Origin: the human T2T-CHM13v2.0 reference genome, Homo sapiens
Direction: 5' to 3' (one strand)
Assembly: GCF_009914755.1 (NCBI RefSeq)
Contig: NC_060934.1
Length of the DNA stretch: 64,000 nt
The notes under the pieces were generated by a model, which was not told the DNA's origin, ran no database searches, and saw nothing but the letters and a program-made list of their open reading frames with translations. Shown here piece by piece: positions 25,102 to 38,602 of this stretch. The position numbers were made by a program, and so were the translations under genes. Within the stretch, counting starts at the first letter, position 1; every line of letters starts with the position of its first letter.

Positions 25102-27411
25102 CCATCCTTCCTTCTCTGTGTCTGTCTCTATCTTCTGATTTTTTTTCTCACACTCACACATGCACAGCAGATAAACACATGCAACTCATTCATTCATGCC
25201 TTTATCCCTTCGTCCATTCACCCATAGCAACTATGCGGCCAATACACATACACGCCCCACGCCCCAAAGATAGGGAATATGTCAAGTAGGAGGAGCCCTT
25301 TGCATGCCTGAGCAGCCCTGCCTGGGGGCAGCTGAGTGACACACAGGACTGTCACCAGGGATGGTCACCCCTCTACCCGGAGCCCAGCACCCTGTCCCAG
25401 CCCAGGACCTATTCCTTAAGACATTTGTGATGTCTTTGTTCACTGGGAAGAGGACCCAAGACCGGGCAGCTCCCTTGGAAGAGGACTAGAAAGGAGAGGG
25501 AGATGAAATTACCTGCTCCTTCTTGGCTCCCAGGGTTCCAGGACACCAAGTTTATGGCCTCCTATGACGGTGGGATCCCTGATGTAGAAAGGCAACCCAG
25601 AGAGGGCAGACAGTTTGCACGAGGTCACAAAGCAGGCCAGCGCCAGTCCTCGCTCCCCATCTCCTGTCCCCTCCACTCTTCTCAGCTCCCTCTCTGCCAC
25701 CCAACCATGCAGGAAAGGTGGAATCACTCTTGGAGGAGAGGCAGACTCACTCTTGGAGGAGAGGCAGTGGAATACAAAGCGGTGTGATTAGCAGCTGTAG
25801 CGGTGTCCCCTCCTGATTTCCATAAGGCATTTAGATTTCTTTGCCTGGCCACACATTTCTCTGTGGGAAGAGGGAAATCATTTTAGCATAGGAAATAGCC
25901 AGAGCCAGGCAGCTGCAGATTGGGAGAGCCAGCTCCCAGCTCTGCACCCTGGCCCTCCCTGCTCCCTGCCTGGAGGCCTTTAGAGGGCCTGGCCAGAAAG
26001 CAGAGGGCTGGAGACCCAGGAGGCTGGTGAGGCCAGCGAGTACTCCCTCTCTGCGGTGCTGCCCCTCAGGCCCTGTGATTCTCCCCAGAAGGGGCCCCAG
26101 AAGGAGGGGCAGGACAGTCCTGGGCTTGGGACAGGCCTGGGTGCACACATCCTTTTGCCCTGCATTTTGGACTCTTCTCCGTGCATCTCTGAAAACACTT
26201 ACACCCCACTTTAGCCCCCTGCCCCAACCCCAGCCAAAAGTTGGGTGCAGAGTTTGCCATTGGAGTGAGGAAAGGGATTGAGGCCAGGTAGAGTGATGAG
26301 GTTCAAATTAGCAGATTCTGATGAGAATGGCAGACCTTGAAGTTGGAAATATGGCCACTGGGGCTGGGAGGCTTGCCTGGGGTTGCAAGACAGGGCCACA
26401 AGGAAGGGATTGCTGAGTTTTCCACGTGGGCCAGGTGCCTTCCAAACAGAGCCCATGCTGGAGGAAGGGAGAAGAGGACATGGCCTGGCTCCCCTGGGAT
26501 CGTGGGAGGCTGGAGGGTAGAGCATGGTGTCCTTGAGTTAAGAACTCAGGCCACATAAATCCTCTGTGGTTCCCTCTGTCCTTTGCACATGAATTACCAG
26601 TCCAGGTGGCTGTAGCAGCAGCAGCTGCTCCATCTACAGAACTGGAAAGGACCGTGTGTCCCCCGATCTCCACATAAAGCTTGCCCTTTGGCCATACCCA
26701 TGGGTGTGATTGAGGGGAGCCTCACCCTCCTGGCTAGCCCCTCTAAGCCCACTTTGTTTCAGGAAGTACCCTCTGGGCTGACTGCTCTAGTCCCTAGAGG
26801 TCCAGGGTCTGGAATGCAGAAGAGAAAGACACAGCAAGGCTGAGCTATGAACCATGTGACATGGGCTTGGCTGGGTCCCAGGAGTTGGAAGTCTGTGCCC
26901 AGGAACAGGAGTGGGTACAGACAGGTGGTAAAGTATAACTGGGCTTTGGAAGTATAAGATTCCCATAGTGCACTGGGTCAGTGGGCTGCAGATTAGGAAA
27001 ATAGAATTCAAAAGCACCTGCCCCTCATTTGCCTTAATGCAAGTACCAACGCACATTATAATTCTTTTCTCAGGAGAACGGAGGCTGGCTTCAGGGCCGA
27101 CCGGAGGGAGTGGGGGAAGGTCTGCACGTGCAGGTGAGGAGGACCTGCCCACCTCGTGCCTTCATCTGTAGACAGATAATACACACATCCGCGGTGAAAA
27201 TGATGGTGCTCTGGTATTCTTCCCCCAAAGTGCCAGCTGCCAATCGGATTGAATTAGATTTCACAAGGGTTTTTGAAATACATGGAATTCACCAGCAAAT
27301 TACCCTTAAAGAGGGAAAATCAATCATTTGGAGCAGAGATAAGCTGAAGGCGAGGCAGCCTCGGATTGATCCCGTCTGTGCAGGCGTGTGTGGAATTCAG
27401 CAGATAACCTG

Positions 27412-27597
27412 CGGAGAGGAGGGAGGGGAGGCTGGCTGAGAGGTACAGGAAGGGCAGAGAGGCAGGGCAAGAGGGGGAAGGAGGGAGTTGGAGAGGGAGA
27501 GATTGGAAAGAGGAAGGTGAGAGGGCAAGAAGGGGGGAGGAAAGAGAAAGGAGAAGAGGGATAGAAGAAGGAAAGGAAGAGGAGAGAGAGAAGAGAG
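27412..27597. repeat. Polypurine (GA-rich) low-complexity tract
   Basis: Direct reading. Confidence 0.8.
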
Positions 27598-27925
27598 GCT
27601 TAGTCTGCACAGGCTGCTGTAACAAACTACCATTGACGGTTGGCTTGTAAACATAGAAACTTATTTCTCTCAGTTCTGGAGGCTGGGAAGTGCAAGATCA
27701 AGGGCCCAGTAGATGTGGTGTCTGGTGAGGGCCTGCTTCCCACTGTGTCCCCACATGGCTGGAGGGGCAAGGATTGTTCTGGGGTCCCTTTTATAAGGGC
27801 ACTAATCCCTTTCATGAGGACTCTGCACTCATGACCTAATCACCTCCCAAAGGCCCTGCCCTCCTTGCGGGTTAGTATTTCAACATGAATTTTGGGGAAG
27901 GGGACACCAGCATTCTGTCTCCAGC
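27598..27925 (-). mobile_element. MaLR LTR (MLT1A-like)
   Basis: ggctgctgtaacaaactacca...ttatttctctcagttctggaggctgggaag..caagatcaagg...cctaatcacctcccaaagg. Confidence 0.8.
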
Positions 27926-28072
27926 AGATGAGAAGAAATGAGGGCGAGATAAAGAGAGAAACAAGCAAAGGAGTCACAAGAGGAGGCGAGGAGAGAGGGG
28001 AGGAGAGAGAATCAGGAGAATGGGAGAGAGAGTTTGGGCTGGAGTCATGGAAAGCAGTTGGAAGAGCACAGT

Positions 28073-28357
28073 GGGCCGGGTGCGGTAGCTCACACCTGTA
28101 ATCCCAGCACTTTGGGAAGCCGAGGCGGGAGGATGGCTTGAGCCCAGGAGTTCAAGACCATCCTGGGCAACTTAGGGAGACCCCATCTCTGCAAAAAATA
28201 AAAAGCATTCGCTGGGCATAGTGGTGCACACATGTGGTCCCAGCTACTTGAGAGGATTGCTTGAGCCCAGGAGGTTGAGGCTGCAGTGAGCAGTGTTTGC
28301 ATCAACTGCACTCCAGCCTGGGTGACAGAGTGAGACTCTGTCTCAGAGAAAAGAAAG
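28073..28357 (+). mobile_element. Alu SINE (AluJ-like)
   Basis: Sense Alu consensus. Confidence 0.93.
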
Positions 28358-31300
28358 AGCACCACATTAATGGGCATTACGGGCCTTAGAGAATCACCCC
28401 ATCCAAGCTTCCCATGTGGTAGATCAGAAGCCCAGAAGGAAAACAGGGCCTTCCCCAGTTGCGTAGTAATACAGGGCAGCTCCAGAGAAAACAGACTCCT
28501 GACCTCAGGCCCATGGTGCTCAAGGGCCAAGCCACAGAGGAGCTTGGGGAGGGGACATAGGTAGGAGGATGAAAGCCTGAAATGAGGGTGACGTCCTTCA
28601 CCTTGATGCAGGCCCAAGAGGTGCTCCACTCCCACAGTGGAGAAATGGAGGCCTGGAGCCATGAGTGGCGGGGCAGGCCTGAAGGGCAGAGGAAAAAGAG
28701 GCAGCAGGGCAGAGCCACCCACCATGTGACATGGGCTTGCTGGGTACCAGGGGTTGAGGTGGAGTCAGAAACGGAAGCAGTGTCCTCTGCCAGGCTCCTT
28801 CCACTGCCTTCTGTATCCTGGCATCTCAGTGGGCAGAGAGACTTAGCACCCCCCTTAGTGTAGGGGTTGGAGGGAGAAGCAGCTGGCTTTGAGTTGAAGG
28901 TGGAAGGAGAGGCCTGCCTCCTGCCGAGGTCCCCTTTGCCATGTCTGATTAAGGTGAATTAAGTGAAAGGATGGACAAAGAAGGATAAAGAATATGTATT
29001 CGATGGGCTTTTATTTTCTACTGCTCAATGTTATGGATGAGACCAACAGAAAGTACAGCCGAGGAAGGAGGGAAACCTGCGCCCCACGCCCAGGGTGGGA
29101 CTGGTGGGTCCCGTCACCCAAGCCTTTGCCCTTCTCTGCCTGCTCCTCTCATTTCTGGCCATGGTCTAGAAATCAGCTCCTTCCCAGGGATGCCTCCTCT
29201 CCTACCCCCACTACTCCTAGAACAATAATAATAGCTCTCCTCTATTGAACACTTATTCCGTCCCAGATGCTTGACCAAGATTTGGCAGCTCACCCACAGT
29301 AGCCCTATCAAATAGGCTGCATTCTTCCCATTTTACAGATGAGGAAATTGAGGCTCAAGGATATAAAATTGTGTATGCAAAAATCACACAGCTGTAAAAG
29401 GCAGTGCCTGAGCCTAGGCTCAACTCCAGAGGTTGTGGCTTCCAAGGTTCTATACCCTGGAAGCTCAGGTCATGGGGCTCTTCCCTGGCAGACCCGAGTT
29501 GGGGACAGGGTTGGTTTTGGTGAGGGCAGCACTGACTCTGGGGGCCCCACTCCGCACTCCAGATTCCCAGCCCCGATCCAGCTTGGGCTGAGGGTGTCAC
29601 ACCAGCCCACCAACCAGAACTCCCTGGGTGCCTCACAAGAGCCCTGGCCCTTTATCTTGCCCCAGCATCCCCCTACCCCCCGACCCCAAACATAAAGGTG
29701 GCCTTGGTCCTTGCTGTGGCTCCTGAGGCCACCCTGCCTTCACATGACCCTGGTCCTTCCTCTTCCATGAAAAGGAATTAAGACCTCCTCCAAGGGCACA
29801 TTGTAGTTTACAGGGTTGGTTGACGGTCCCCTAGCATTTGAGGTACAAAGAAAAGAACACACAAGGTCCCTGCCATAGGGAATTTCCTGGCTTAGGCAAG
29901 AAAACACAATTCACATGCTTACAAAACACGGGGGAGCAGAGAAATGATACTGTTTTCATTTAATTCTGTGAGATGTGCTTACCCTCCCCACTTCACAGAT
30001 GAGGAAATTGAGGCTTCAGGAGAGGAAGTGAGTTGTCTAAAGTCACACAGCTAGGAAGTGACCCAGCCTGTTCCTCAACGTTGAACTGTGCTCTCTTAAC
30101 ATTGCGTCACGCCCCTGGGTCACTAACCCAGGGGCCACCCTGACTGATGGCAGAGAGAGACAAACATCCCGGAGAGGCAAGCTGGTGTCACCAATAGCAG
30201 GGCAGTGCCTCAGGATGGGGAGGGCCAAAGAGCCAGAGAGACAAAGGAGGCATCTGCAGGCCTCGTTGTGCTGGAGGGAGCCTGGAGGCTGGCTCAGGCC
30301 TCCCTCCTTTTGGGGGCCCAGGCCACCTGCAGCGGAATGCGCCAGTGCTGAGAGCCCTCAGGTAATGAATGACCAAGGGAAGCCATGCTTAGAAGTCAGG
30401 CCACCCAACCCAAAGGCAGGACCTAGACTGAAATCCACCCCTCTGAGGCAGGGAAAGGTCTGCATGCAGGTGGTTAAGTAGCGGAAATATCACCCTTGAC
30501 CCTCCCTCCCAAGGGAGTATTTAACGAGCTGATGTCTGTTGAGGGCCCAACATGTAAGCTCAACAAACAGCTGGACAACCACGCTGGGTCAGCACACGGA
30601 GCCGGGTCTGCTGGGACAGACTCAGGTCGGCTGGCTCTGGGAGCCTTAGAGAGACTAGGAGGGAGCAGTGGCTCATCTGACCCTTCTCAAAGCTACCCCC
30701 CACTTCCAGGAATGGGAGGCAGGGAGGGGGCAAGGTCTAGGGAAGTTGCGGGGCAGCCCTCCTGGCAGCCGGCTGATAAGGCGCTGCCCTCGTGGGGGTG
30801 AGAAAGCTGCAGCCCTAGGAGCAAAGTGCAGGAGCTACACGGGGAGGGACCGGCAGGGAGCCAGGAGGGATTTCATGTGTCCTTCCCCTCCCAAGAAATA
30901 AATAAAGCTAAGCTGTCACCTCAGCCTCCCCGCGGGCAGCTGCCAGCTCCGCAGCCTGTAGTGGCTGGGCTCTGGCTCCGGGACCCGCGGTGGGCGCTAT
31001 CAGCCTTCTCATCGCCTCTCTCAGCTGGAGGAGAATTTAATCCACAGGCTCCTCTCCACACACACTAGGGCTCCTTTTGATGTTTCTGTTTATCTCCCTT
31101 CCAACAAAATCGCCCCTCTGCAGCTCCAAGAGCCCCTCCAGCCTCCTCCGCATCTCCACCCCATGAAGGCAGTCCCCCAGCCCCCTGTGGGACAAGGGCA
31201 GGGAGGAGGCCTAGCAGGAGCAGGGAGGTGGGTGTGCCCTCCACCAGTCCAGGCTTTGTGCCCTGACCTGAGCTGAGGTGCTTGTGGGCCTCCTTCTGCC

Positions 31301-32237
31301 ACGTGTGGCACAGGGAGGGGTTCACTATGCCAGCTCCTGGCATCGCACTTGGAGCAGCGTTCTGTAGTGGGAAGGCCAGGAGAGCTGCATGGTTAAGAGC
31401 TCTGACTCCGAGGCGGGGTGGGGGCAAACTTGAGTTCCAAGCCTTCCTTGGCTGCTGTGTGGCTTGAACACTTACCCCCTCTGGCCCCAGTTTCTTTCTC
31501 CAAGAAAAGGAGTGGACTGACGCTGTCTTTGGGCCATCGTGTGGATTCTGGTTAAGGTGTGTGACGCCTGTGTCATAGCCGGGCTTCACAAATGGAAGCT
31601 GTTGTCATAAAAGGCTCAGCAGCACAGGACTGCGATCAGTAGGGGTTTTGCACCAACTTAGCAAACTGGAATATCTCTCTCTCACACACACCCCTATCCT
31701 GAGGGCTGACAGTCACAAATCCAGACCAAGCAGGAATTGGCCAGCTGGTAAAGTCCTGGAAGGAACAGGCTGAGCATTTTAGAGGACTTGGTCAGTAGGT
31801 GATCCTGAGGGTCTTAGGACATGTGTCCTGACCACTGCAGCGTCTGGCCTGCGTGAGCTTTTCCAGCCCCTGGCAGCAAATCAAGGAGAAGGGAGCAAGT
31901 CTCATTCATTTGAAACCCCAAGAATTCTCCTAAAGGGGTCAGGAAGCTGTCCCGAAGGCTTGTCCCTCTGGGTGCTCCTGCCTCACCAGGTAGTTAACCA
32001 GAAGCTACACTGAGCTCACACCATCTTCCAGGCATCTTTGAGCTCAAAATCACTGAGCTCACACCATCTTTTCAGTCCCTCACTGTTGACCTCAGCCTGC
32101 ACACGATTGGTGCCGCCCCAGCCGACACATGGTTCTTCCTAAGCCTTCTCTGCTCATCCACCATACCTTACTGCTTATACCTTACAGGCCAATGCTCTTC
32201 AGTTCTGTCTTGCTTCTTCCCAGCATCACTCTATCCT

Positions 32238-32841
<604 letters not shown>

Positions 32842-33375
32842 TCAGTCTGGTCTCCATGGTCTAGGGTGCAGCATAGGCAGCACCCTATGTAAAGCTCCCC
32901 AGGTAATTTTGATATGTGGCCAGTGGAGAACTACCCCTCTTTGCCTCTCCAACTGCTCACCTTTTTCTCGACTCCTATAGGTGCCTCCAAGCTACTCTCC
33001 CTGCCGCAGTGATGTCTTCCCAACCCTGGCTATGCAGTGTGGTTCCCTGGGGAGCACGAGAGAAATGTAGCTTTTCCCAGCCCCCAGAGATGATGACACA
33101 CTGGCTCTGGGCATCTGCATTTCTTTTTAGAACGCCACTGGTGATTCTGTTGTGTATCTAGGGAGAGGAGGGCAGCACCGGTGTGATTCGCACGTGGCTG
33201 CAAGGCCACCTCCCTCTCCCCTGCTGCAGAGCTCAGAGTGGCTCCGTCTCGCTCATGGAAATAATGCCATCCTCAGGATGGCATCTGCCTGGGACTCCAA
33301 GCTTCTCGACATGGACCCTTTGCAAATAATAAGTCATTGATGATTCTTCTCCACACTCCGTGCCTTTGCTTAGGA

Positions 33376-33960
<585 letters not shown>

Positions 33961-34155
33961 TCATTCCTAACACCAGCTCAGAACTCCCCTTCTTGGGGCA
34001 ACCTCCTCTGCTTGTCCTCCCCTTAGACTGGGCCCTGGAGCGCTCAGATGGTACATCTCAGTTTGTTCTGGTAACTAACATTGCTGACTGCAAGGCCAAT
34101 GCATTTCACACTGTGGACTCGTGCTGCCAATGGGGAATGCCCGCATCAGACATGA

Positions 34156-34534
<379 letters not shown>

Positions 34535-35593
34535 TGGGCCCGGCCTCTTATCCCCCACTCTGCCACCAGCTCCCTGTGCAACCATGGGCTGCTCAGTCAA
34601 CCTCTCTGAACTCAATTCCACTGGAGGGGCTGGAGGGGCCCGTGGGAGGAGTAGCAGTAACACACAAGGAAGAGCTGCTGAAGCCCAGGCACTCCCTGAG
34701 CACCCACTGTGTGTCATGGTCTGCTGGGGAATCTTCACCACCTGAGGCATGGTCTACAGCCTCAAGGGGCTGCTGACATTCCAGAATAATCACAGAGGGA
34801 ACTGTAACCCAGTGATGCAAGTGCTCTGCAGCCATTAAGGAAAACAAAGCAAATACTTGGTACTTACAAAGTGTTTAGAATAGTGCCTGACCAAGAGTAG
34901 GTGCTAGGTTGTTAGTGTCCTCGTTCGCATCATCATCTATATGCACAGTTATGGACCAATCACCAAGATGTAGTTCTAAGTGAAAAGACTGGACACAGAG
35001 CAATGTGCATAGCATGCTGTTAGTGTCACAGCAGGGTGGCATGTACCCATAATGGTCATATAGGCATGGATTTCCTGGGGAAAGAGACCCAGGAATGGGG
35101 TGTGGTGGCTGCCCTGGGAGGTTTGTCAGTACCTGGGCTCAGGGGGAGAGGGAGAGGCGTGTGTTCCCCTTACACTTTTTAACTTCTGGAAAATTTGCCA
35201 TGTCTCTGCTCATCATGTCTCTGACATTTTTTATGTTAGGAAAATAAAAACATGGGGGTGTTTGGGGTTGTTTCCTGCAGGGATTTTATCCAGGCTCCAG
35301 GGATGTAGGATGTAGGGATGGCCCCTCCCATCCCAGCCTACACTGAGGCCTTCTGGGTGAGAGTGGACAGAGATCAGGGAGACAGGAGCCCTTGCCCCCC
35401 CTTCACCTCCTCACCCTTCATGCCGTTGAGCCTCTTCTGGGTCCCATGCTTGTCCCTCTTCTTCACTGTCCAGCACACATGTGTGCACACTCACACAATA
35501 CGCCTCCTCCAGACCCCAGAAGCTATGGCCCATCAGAGGCTGGGGACAGCTGCTCCTCTAGGGTGTGATCCTGGGGTCCCTCCCATGACCCAG

Positions 35594-35769
35594 GGTCTCA
35601 CTGTCTTTTCTCTCTGGTTCCTTCCTCCTCTCCATACCTCTCCGGCTCCTTCTGTCTGTCTCCATATCCTTTGACTGACCGACTCCCATTGACAGAATTT
35701 GGTAAGTGAGCCTCTGAAGGGCAGGGGTTGGGCTTGGGGAGGGCTTGTGGTGGGCACAGTGGGGAGGGG
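35594..35769 (+). promoter_or_regulatory. Splicing-control region of the micro-exon: long AG-exclusion zone/CU tract, branch point, downstream G-runs
   Basis: No AG between 35594 and 35693; CTGAC with A at -18; eight runs of >=3 G in 35719-35769. Confidence 0.6.
35696..35701 (+). CDS. CDH23: CDH23 6-nt micro-exon (approx. exon 12) encoding Asn-Leu
   Basis: ...cccattgacag|AATTTG|gtaagt: canonical AG and consensus GTAAGT donor; branch-like CTGAC at 35675-35679; ~100-nt AG-free pyrimidine-rich zone. It supplies the NL of the remembered CDH23 sequence DKDE-NL-GLNSMF. Confidence 0.92.
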
Positions 35770-37665
35770 CTTTGAAAAGGGCACAGCTCAGCCCTCCCCC
35801 ACCCTCTCAGGCCCCCAGCTCCTGTGGTTGAGGGACCAAAGGTTCAGGGGAAGGAGAGGAGTTGGTGTCACCTGTTCAAACTGTCACACCCCACTGGCTT
35901 CAGCTATTAGTGCCCCTTCGGGCATTTAATTGGTCCCTTCCATGTGACGGGACGCATTCCACACCAGGGAGCGCTGCAACCTCCACAGCCTGACAGGCCC
36001 AGAGGAGCCTTGCCCCCACATCCCCTGGGGAGCCACTTTGGGCTGGGGCTCTGGAGCCCCGCGGCTTGCCTGGACCCCAGAATTGGCAAGAGAGGGCTTA
36101 GGGAGCTCAGCTTCCACCTCTCCATCCAAACCTCTGTGCCAGTAACAGGGCACAGGCCTGTCTCCAGGCTTTAAGAAAAGTCTAAATGCAGCAAGTGTAT
36201 TTGCCAGTTTGCTAAAATGGGAAAAACCCAAGAGACTGATGGGTAAACGTTAGCATGCATTCATTCCACAAGTGCCTTTGAGCATTTAGGGGGCAGCCCC
36301 AGGGGCCCATGAATCTTGTGAACTCTCAGGCTTCACTGGGGGTATCACTTCCTGATCATTCCCCCTCTGCCCTGAGCGGGATGGGAACCAGCCTTGCAGG
36401 GACTATCCCCTTAGACCACGGAGAGTCTTTGGGGCCAGGGTGACCTCGCAGCCACCCTCTCACCAGGAACAGGTTTCTAAGAGGAGTCCCACAACATACC
36501 CTAAGCAACCAAGATGTGAGGGTGGGCTTCCCTTGCCAGCCACTGGTTCAAGAGAAAAGGGCCCATGTGCCAAGCTGGCCACTGGGCTAGGGGTGGGCTC
36601 TGCACCATAAGCCAGAGCTTCTGCCTCTGGACTGAAAGCCAAGGTCAGTGACCTACTGGGCACCTGCAAGAGAGGTCAGGAGGAGGCTCTTACACATCAC
36701 AGGCCGCCTGCCCAGTTGGAGGGGAGTTTGGGGGCGCAGGTGATCCCCTTGCCCCAAGTGCAGGCAGGAAGAGGAAGTAGAATCACTTTCTGAGCAGGCC
36801 AGACCTCAGGGAGTCAGTAAGCTGAATCTCCCACCTTCAGCCATGTCTCCTCCCCATGATCTGGAGACTTCAGTCACATCACATGCTTTCTGTGAGGAGA
36901 GTCAGGTAGCATCTGAGGGGCTCTGTGAGCCACAGCCCTGGTTAGAATAATCAGAAATGCCTGAACTTGAGTGAGGCACCCACCTCCCTGAAATGATGGG
37001 CTTGGGCCTCTGGGACACAGCAGAACCTGTGATGGGGTGGCCACCCTGTGCTCAGTCTGGGATCCTGGGCCCCCCGGGACTGGCAACAGTGTGGGATCCC
37101 TGGCCATTCACATTGCCACTCAGTCTCTGGGTTATTCCCATTTCACATGTCAGCAAACCAGTGTTCTCCCTGCTGGACACGTTCCAGAGGAGGAGGGGAA
37201 GAACAGCATCTGCATCCCTTGTGTCCTCTCCTGGCCAAGCCTGTCATGGCCGCTTAACTGCTTCTCTTCTCTCCACTCCCCTCACATCCTCTCTCCTCCT
37301 CCTTCCTCTGTCTCCCCGCTGGGTCTTGCAGCTGGCCGGTCCCTCCGCAGCTGGGGTCACTGGGACAGAGAAAGGGAGCAGGAAATGGAGAGTGAACCAA
37401 ACCACCTGAAGGGGACACTGTGGGCATCCGACAGCACAAGGAAGGAAAAGAGAGCCAGAGGAGGTTTCCAGAGGGCCTAGACATGGGTGGGTCATGGAGT
37501 CTTGGAGCTGCTCTGGGAAAGCCCTGCTCTGTCCCAGCGCCTCATCCATTGCCCCAACCAAAGCAGCTCTGGGCTCACTCTCCAGGAGCCTCTGCTCCTC
37601 CATTTGGGTCTAGGCTTTGGCCACTGTGCCCTTCCTGACTGGCTTCTTCTGCACTCTTGACCCAG

Positions 37666-37815
37666 GGCCTGAACAGCATGTTTGAGGTGTACTTGGTGGG
37701 GAACAACTCCCACCACTTCATCATCTCCCCGACCTCCGTCCAGGGGAAGGCGGACATTCGTATTCGGGTGGCCATCCCACTGGACTACGAGACCGTGGAC
37801 CGCTACGACTTTGAT
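37666..37815 (+). CDS. CDH23: CDH23 coding exon (approx. exon 13), EC4: GLNSMFEVYLVGNNSHHFIISPTSVQGKADIRIRVAIPLDYETVDRYDFD
   Basis: Acceptor ctcttgacccag| and donor GAT|gtaagg; 150 nt, phase 0-0; LDYE motif. Confidence 0.96.
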
Positions 37816-38294
37816 GTAAGGCCCCACTCACTGGCATTTTGGAGTGGGGTGGGGGGTGGATTTCAGGGGAGGCGAGGGTAGGGTAGAAGATTCCCTTAGA
37901 TCCCACCTTCCACTGCTGCCCATCTTCCCTTGTGGATCTGACTCAGATAAGCCCTCCAAGAGACGGCAGGGGCCGGGCTGAGTCTCCCTTTTCCAAGGAG
38001 GAAAAGGATATGTCCAGTAATTGAGTGGAATTTTACCAGACTCCCATCAGGAAGCCTCTGCAACCCATCTCCTGCCAGATCAGCCCCTGCTAGCTCCTCC
38101 TGCCCTAGCAGAATCAGCAGCCATCCCTAGAGCAATAACAGACGGGCTCGCAGTAGCACAGAGCTGGGATGGGCAGAGACTCTAACAGGTGCTCTGGGCT
38201 GGGGCCGGCAAAGGCATGGAGAGGACTTACAGGGACAAGGACTCTGGGAGGGGACATGTGGGAGCTTACCTGGGCCCCTGTTCTGCACCCCCAG

Positions 38295-38453
38295 CTCTTT
38301 GCCAATGAGAGTGTGCCTGACCATGTGGGCTATGCCAAGGTGAAGATCACTCTCATCAATGAAAATGACAACCGGCCCATCTTCAGCCAGCCACTGTACA
38401 ACATCAGCCTGTACGAGAACGTCACCGTGGGGACCTCTGTGCTGACAGTCCTG
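38295..38453 (+). CDS. CDH23: CDH23 coding exon (approx. exon 14), end of EC4 / start of EC5: LFANESVPDHVGYAKVKITLINENDNRPIFSQPLYNISLYENVTVGTSVLTVL
   Basis: Acceptor ttctgcacccccag| and donor CTG|gtgagt; 159 nt, phase 0-0; NENDNRPIF linker and xEN motif. Confidence 0.96.
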
Positions 38454-38597
38454 GTGAGTCCCCGCTTCACTGCAGGGCCACTGAGCTCTCCAGGGCCGAC
38501 TGTGGTGAGGCACCCAGAGGGATTTTGTCCAAGGGACCTCAGCAATCAGGGAAGGAGGCACCCCCAAATCCCTGAGCTGTGTTTGTTGGTGTATTAA
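38454..38597 (+). CDS. CDH23: Alternative terminal extension VSPRFTAGPLSS...PELCLLVY* (47 aa) of a truncated CDH23 isoform
   Basis: In-frame read-through of the donor to TAA at 38595-38597, overlapping AATAAA. The length fits my recollection of a ~530-aa isoform. Confidence 0.8.
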   Translation: MSPRFTAGPLSSPGPTVVRHPEGFCPRDLSNQGRRHPQIPELCLLVY

Positions 38598-38602
38598 ATA
38601 AA
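38590..38602 (+). terminator. Intronic polyadenylation signal (UGUA plus overlapping ATTAAA/AATAAA)
   Basis: tgtattaaataaa: TGTA 38590-38593, ATTAAA 38593-38598, AATAAA 38597-38602, preceded by a U/GU-rich stretch. Confidence 0.75.

Noticed and set aside
32008-32070. Repeat-spacer-repeat resembling CRISPR
   Set aside because: Only two copies, the spacer derives from the repeat, the context is a mammalian intron and there are no cas genes.
37816-37881. Read-through after the 37666 exon (VRPHSLAF...)
   Set aside because: Short, with no polyA signal; retention would simply create a premature stop.
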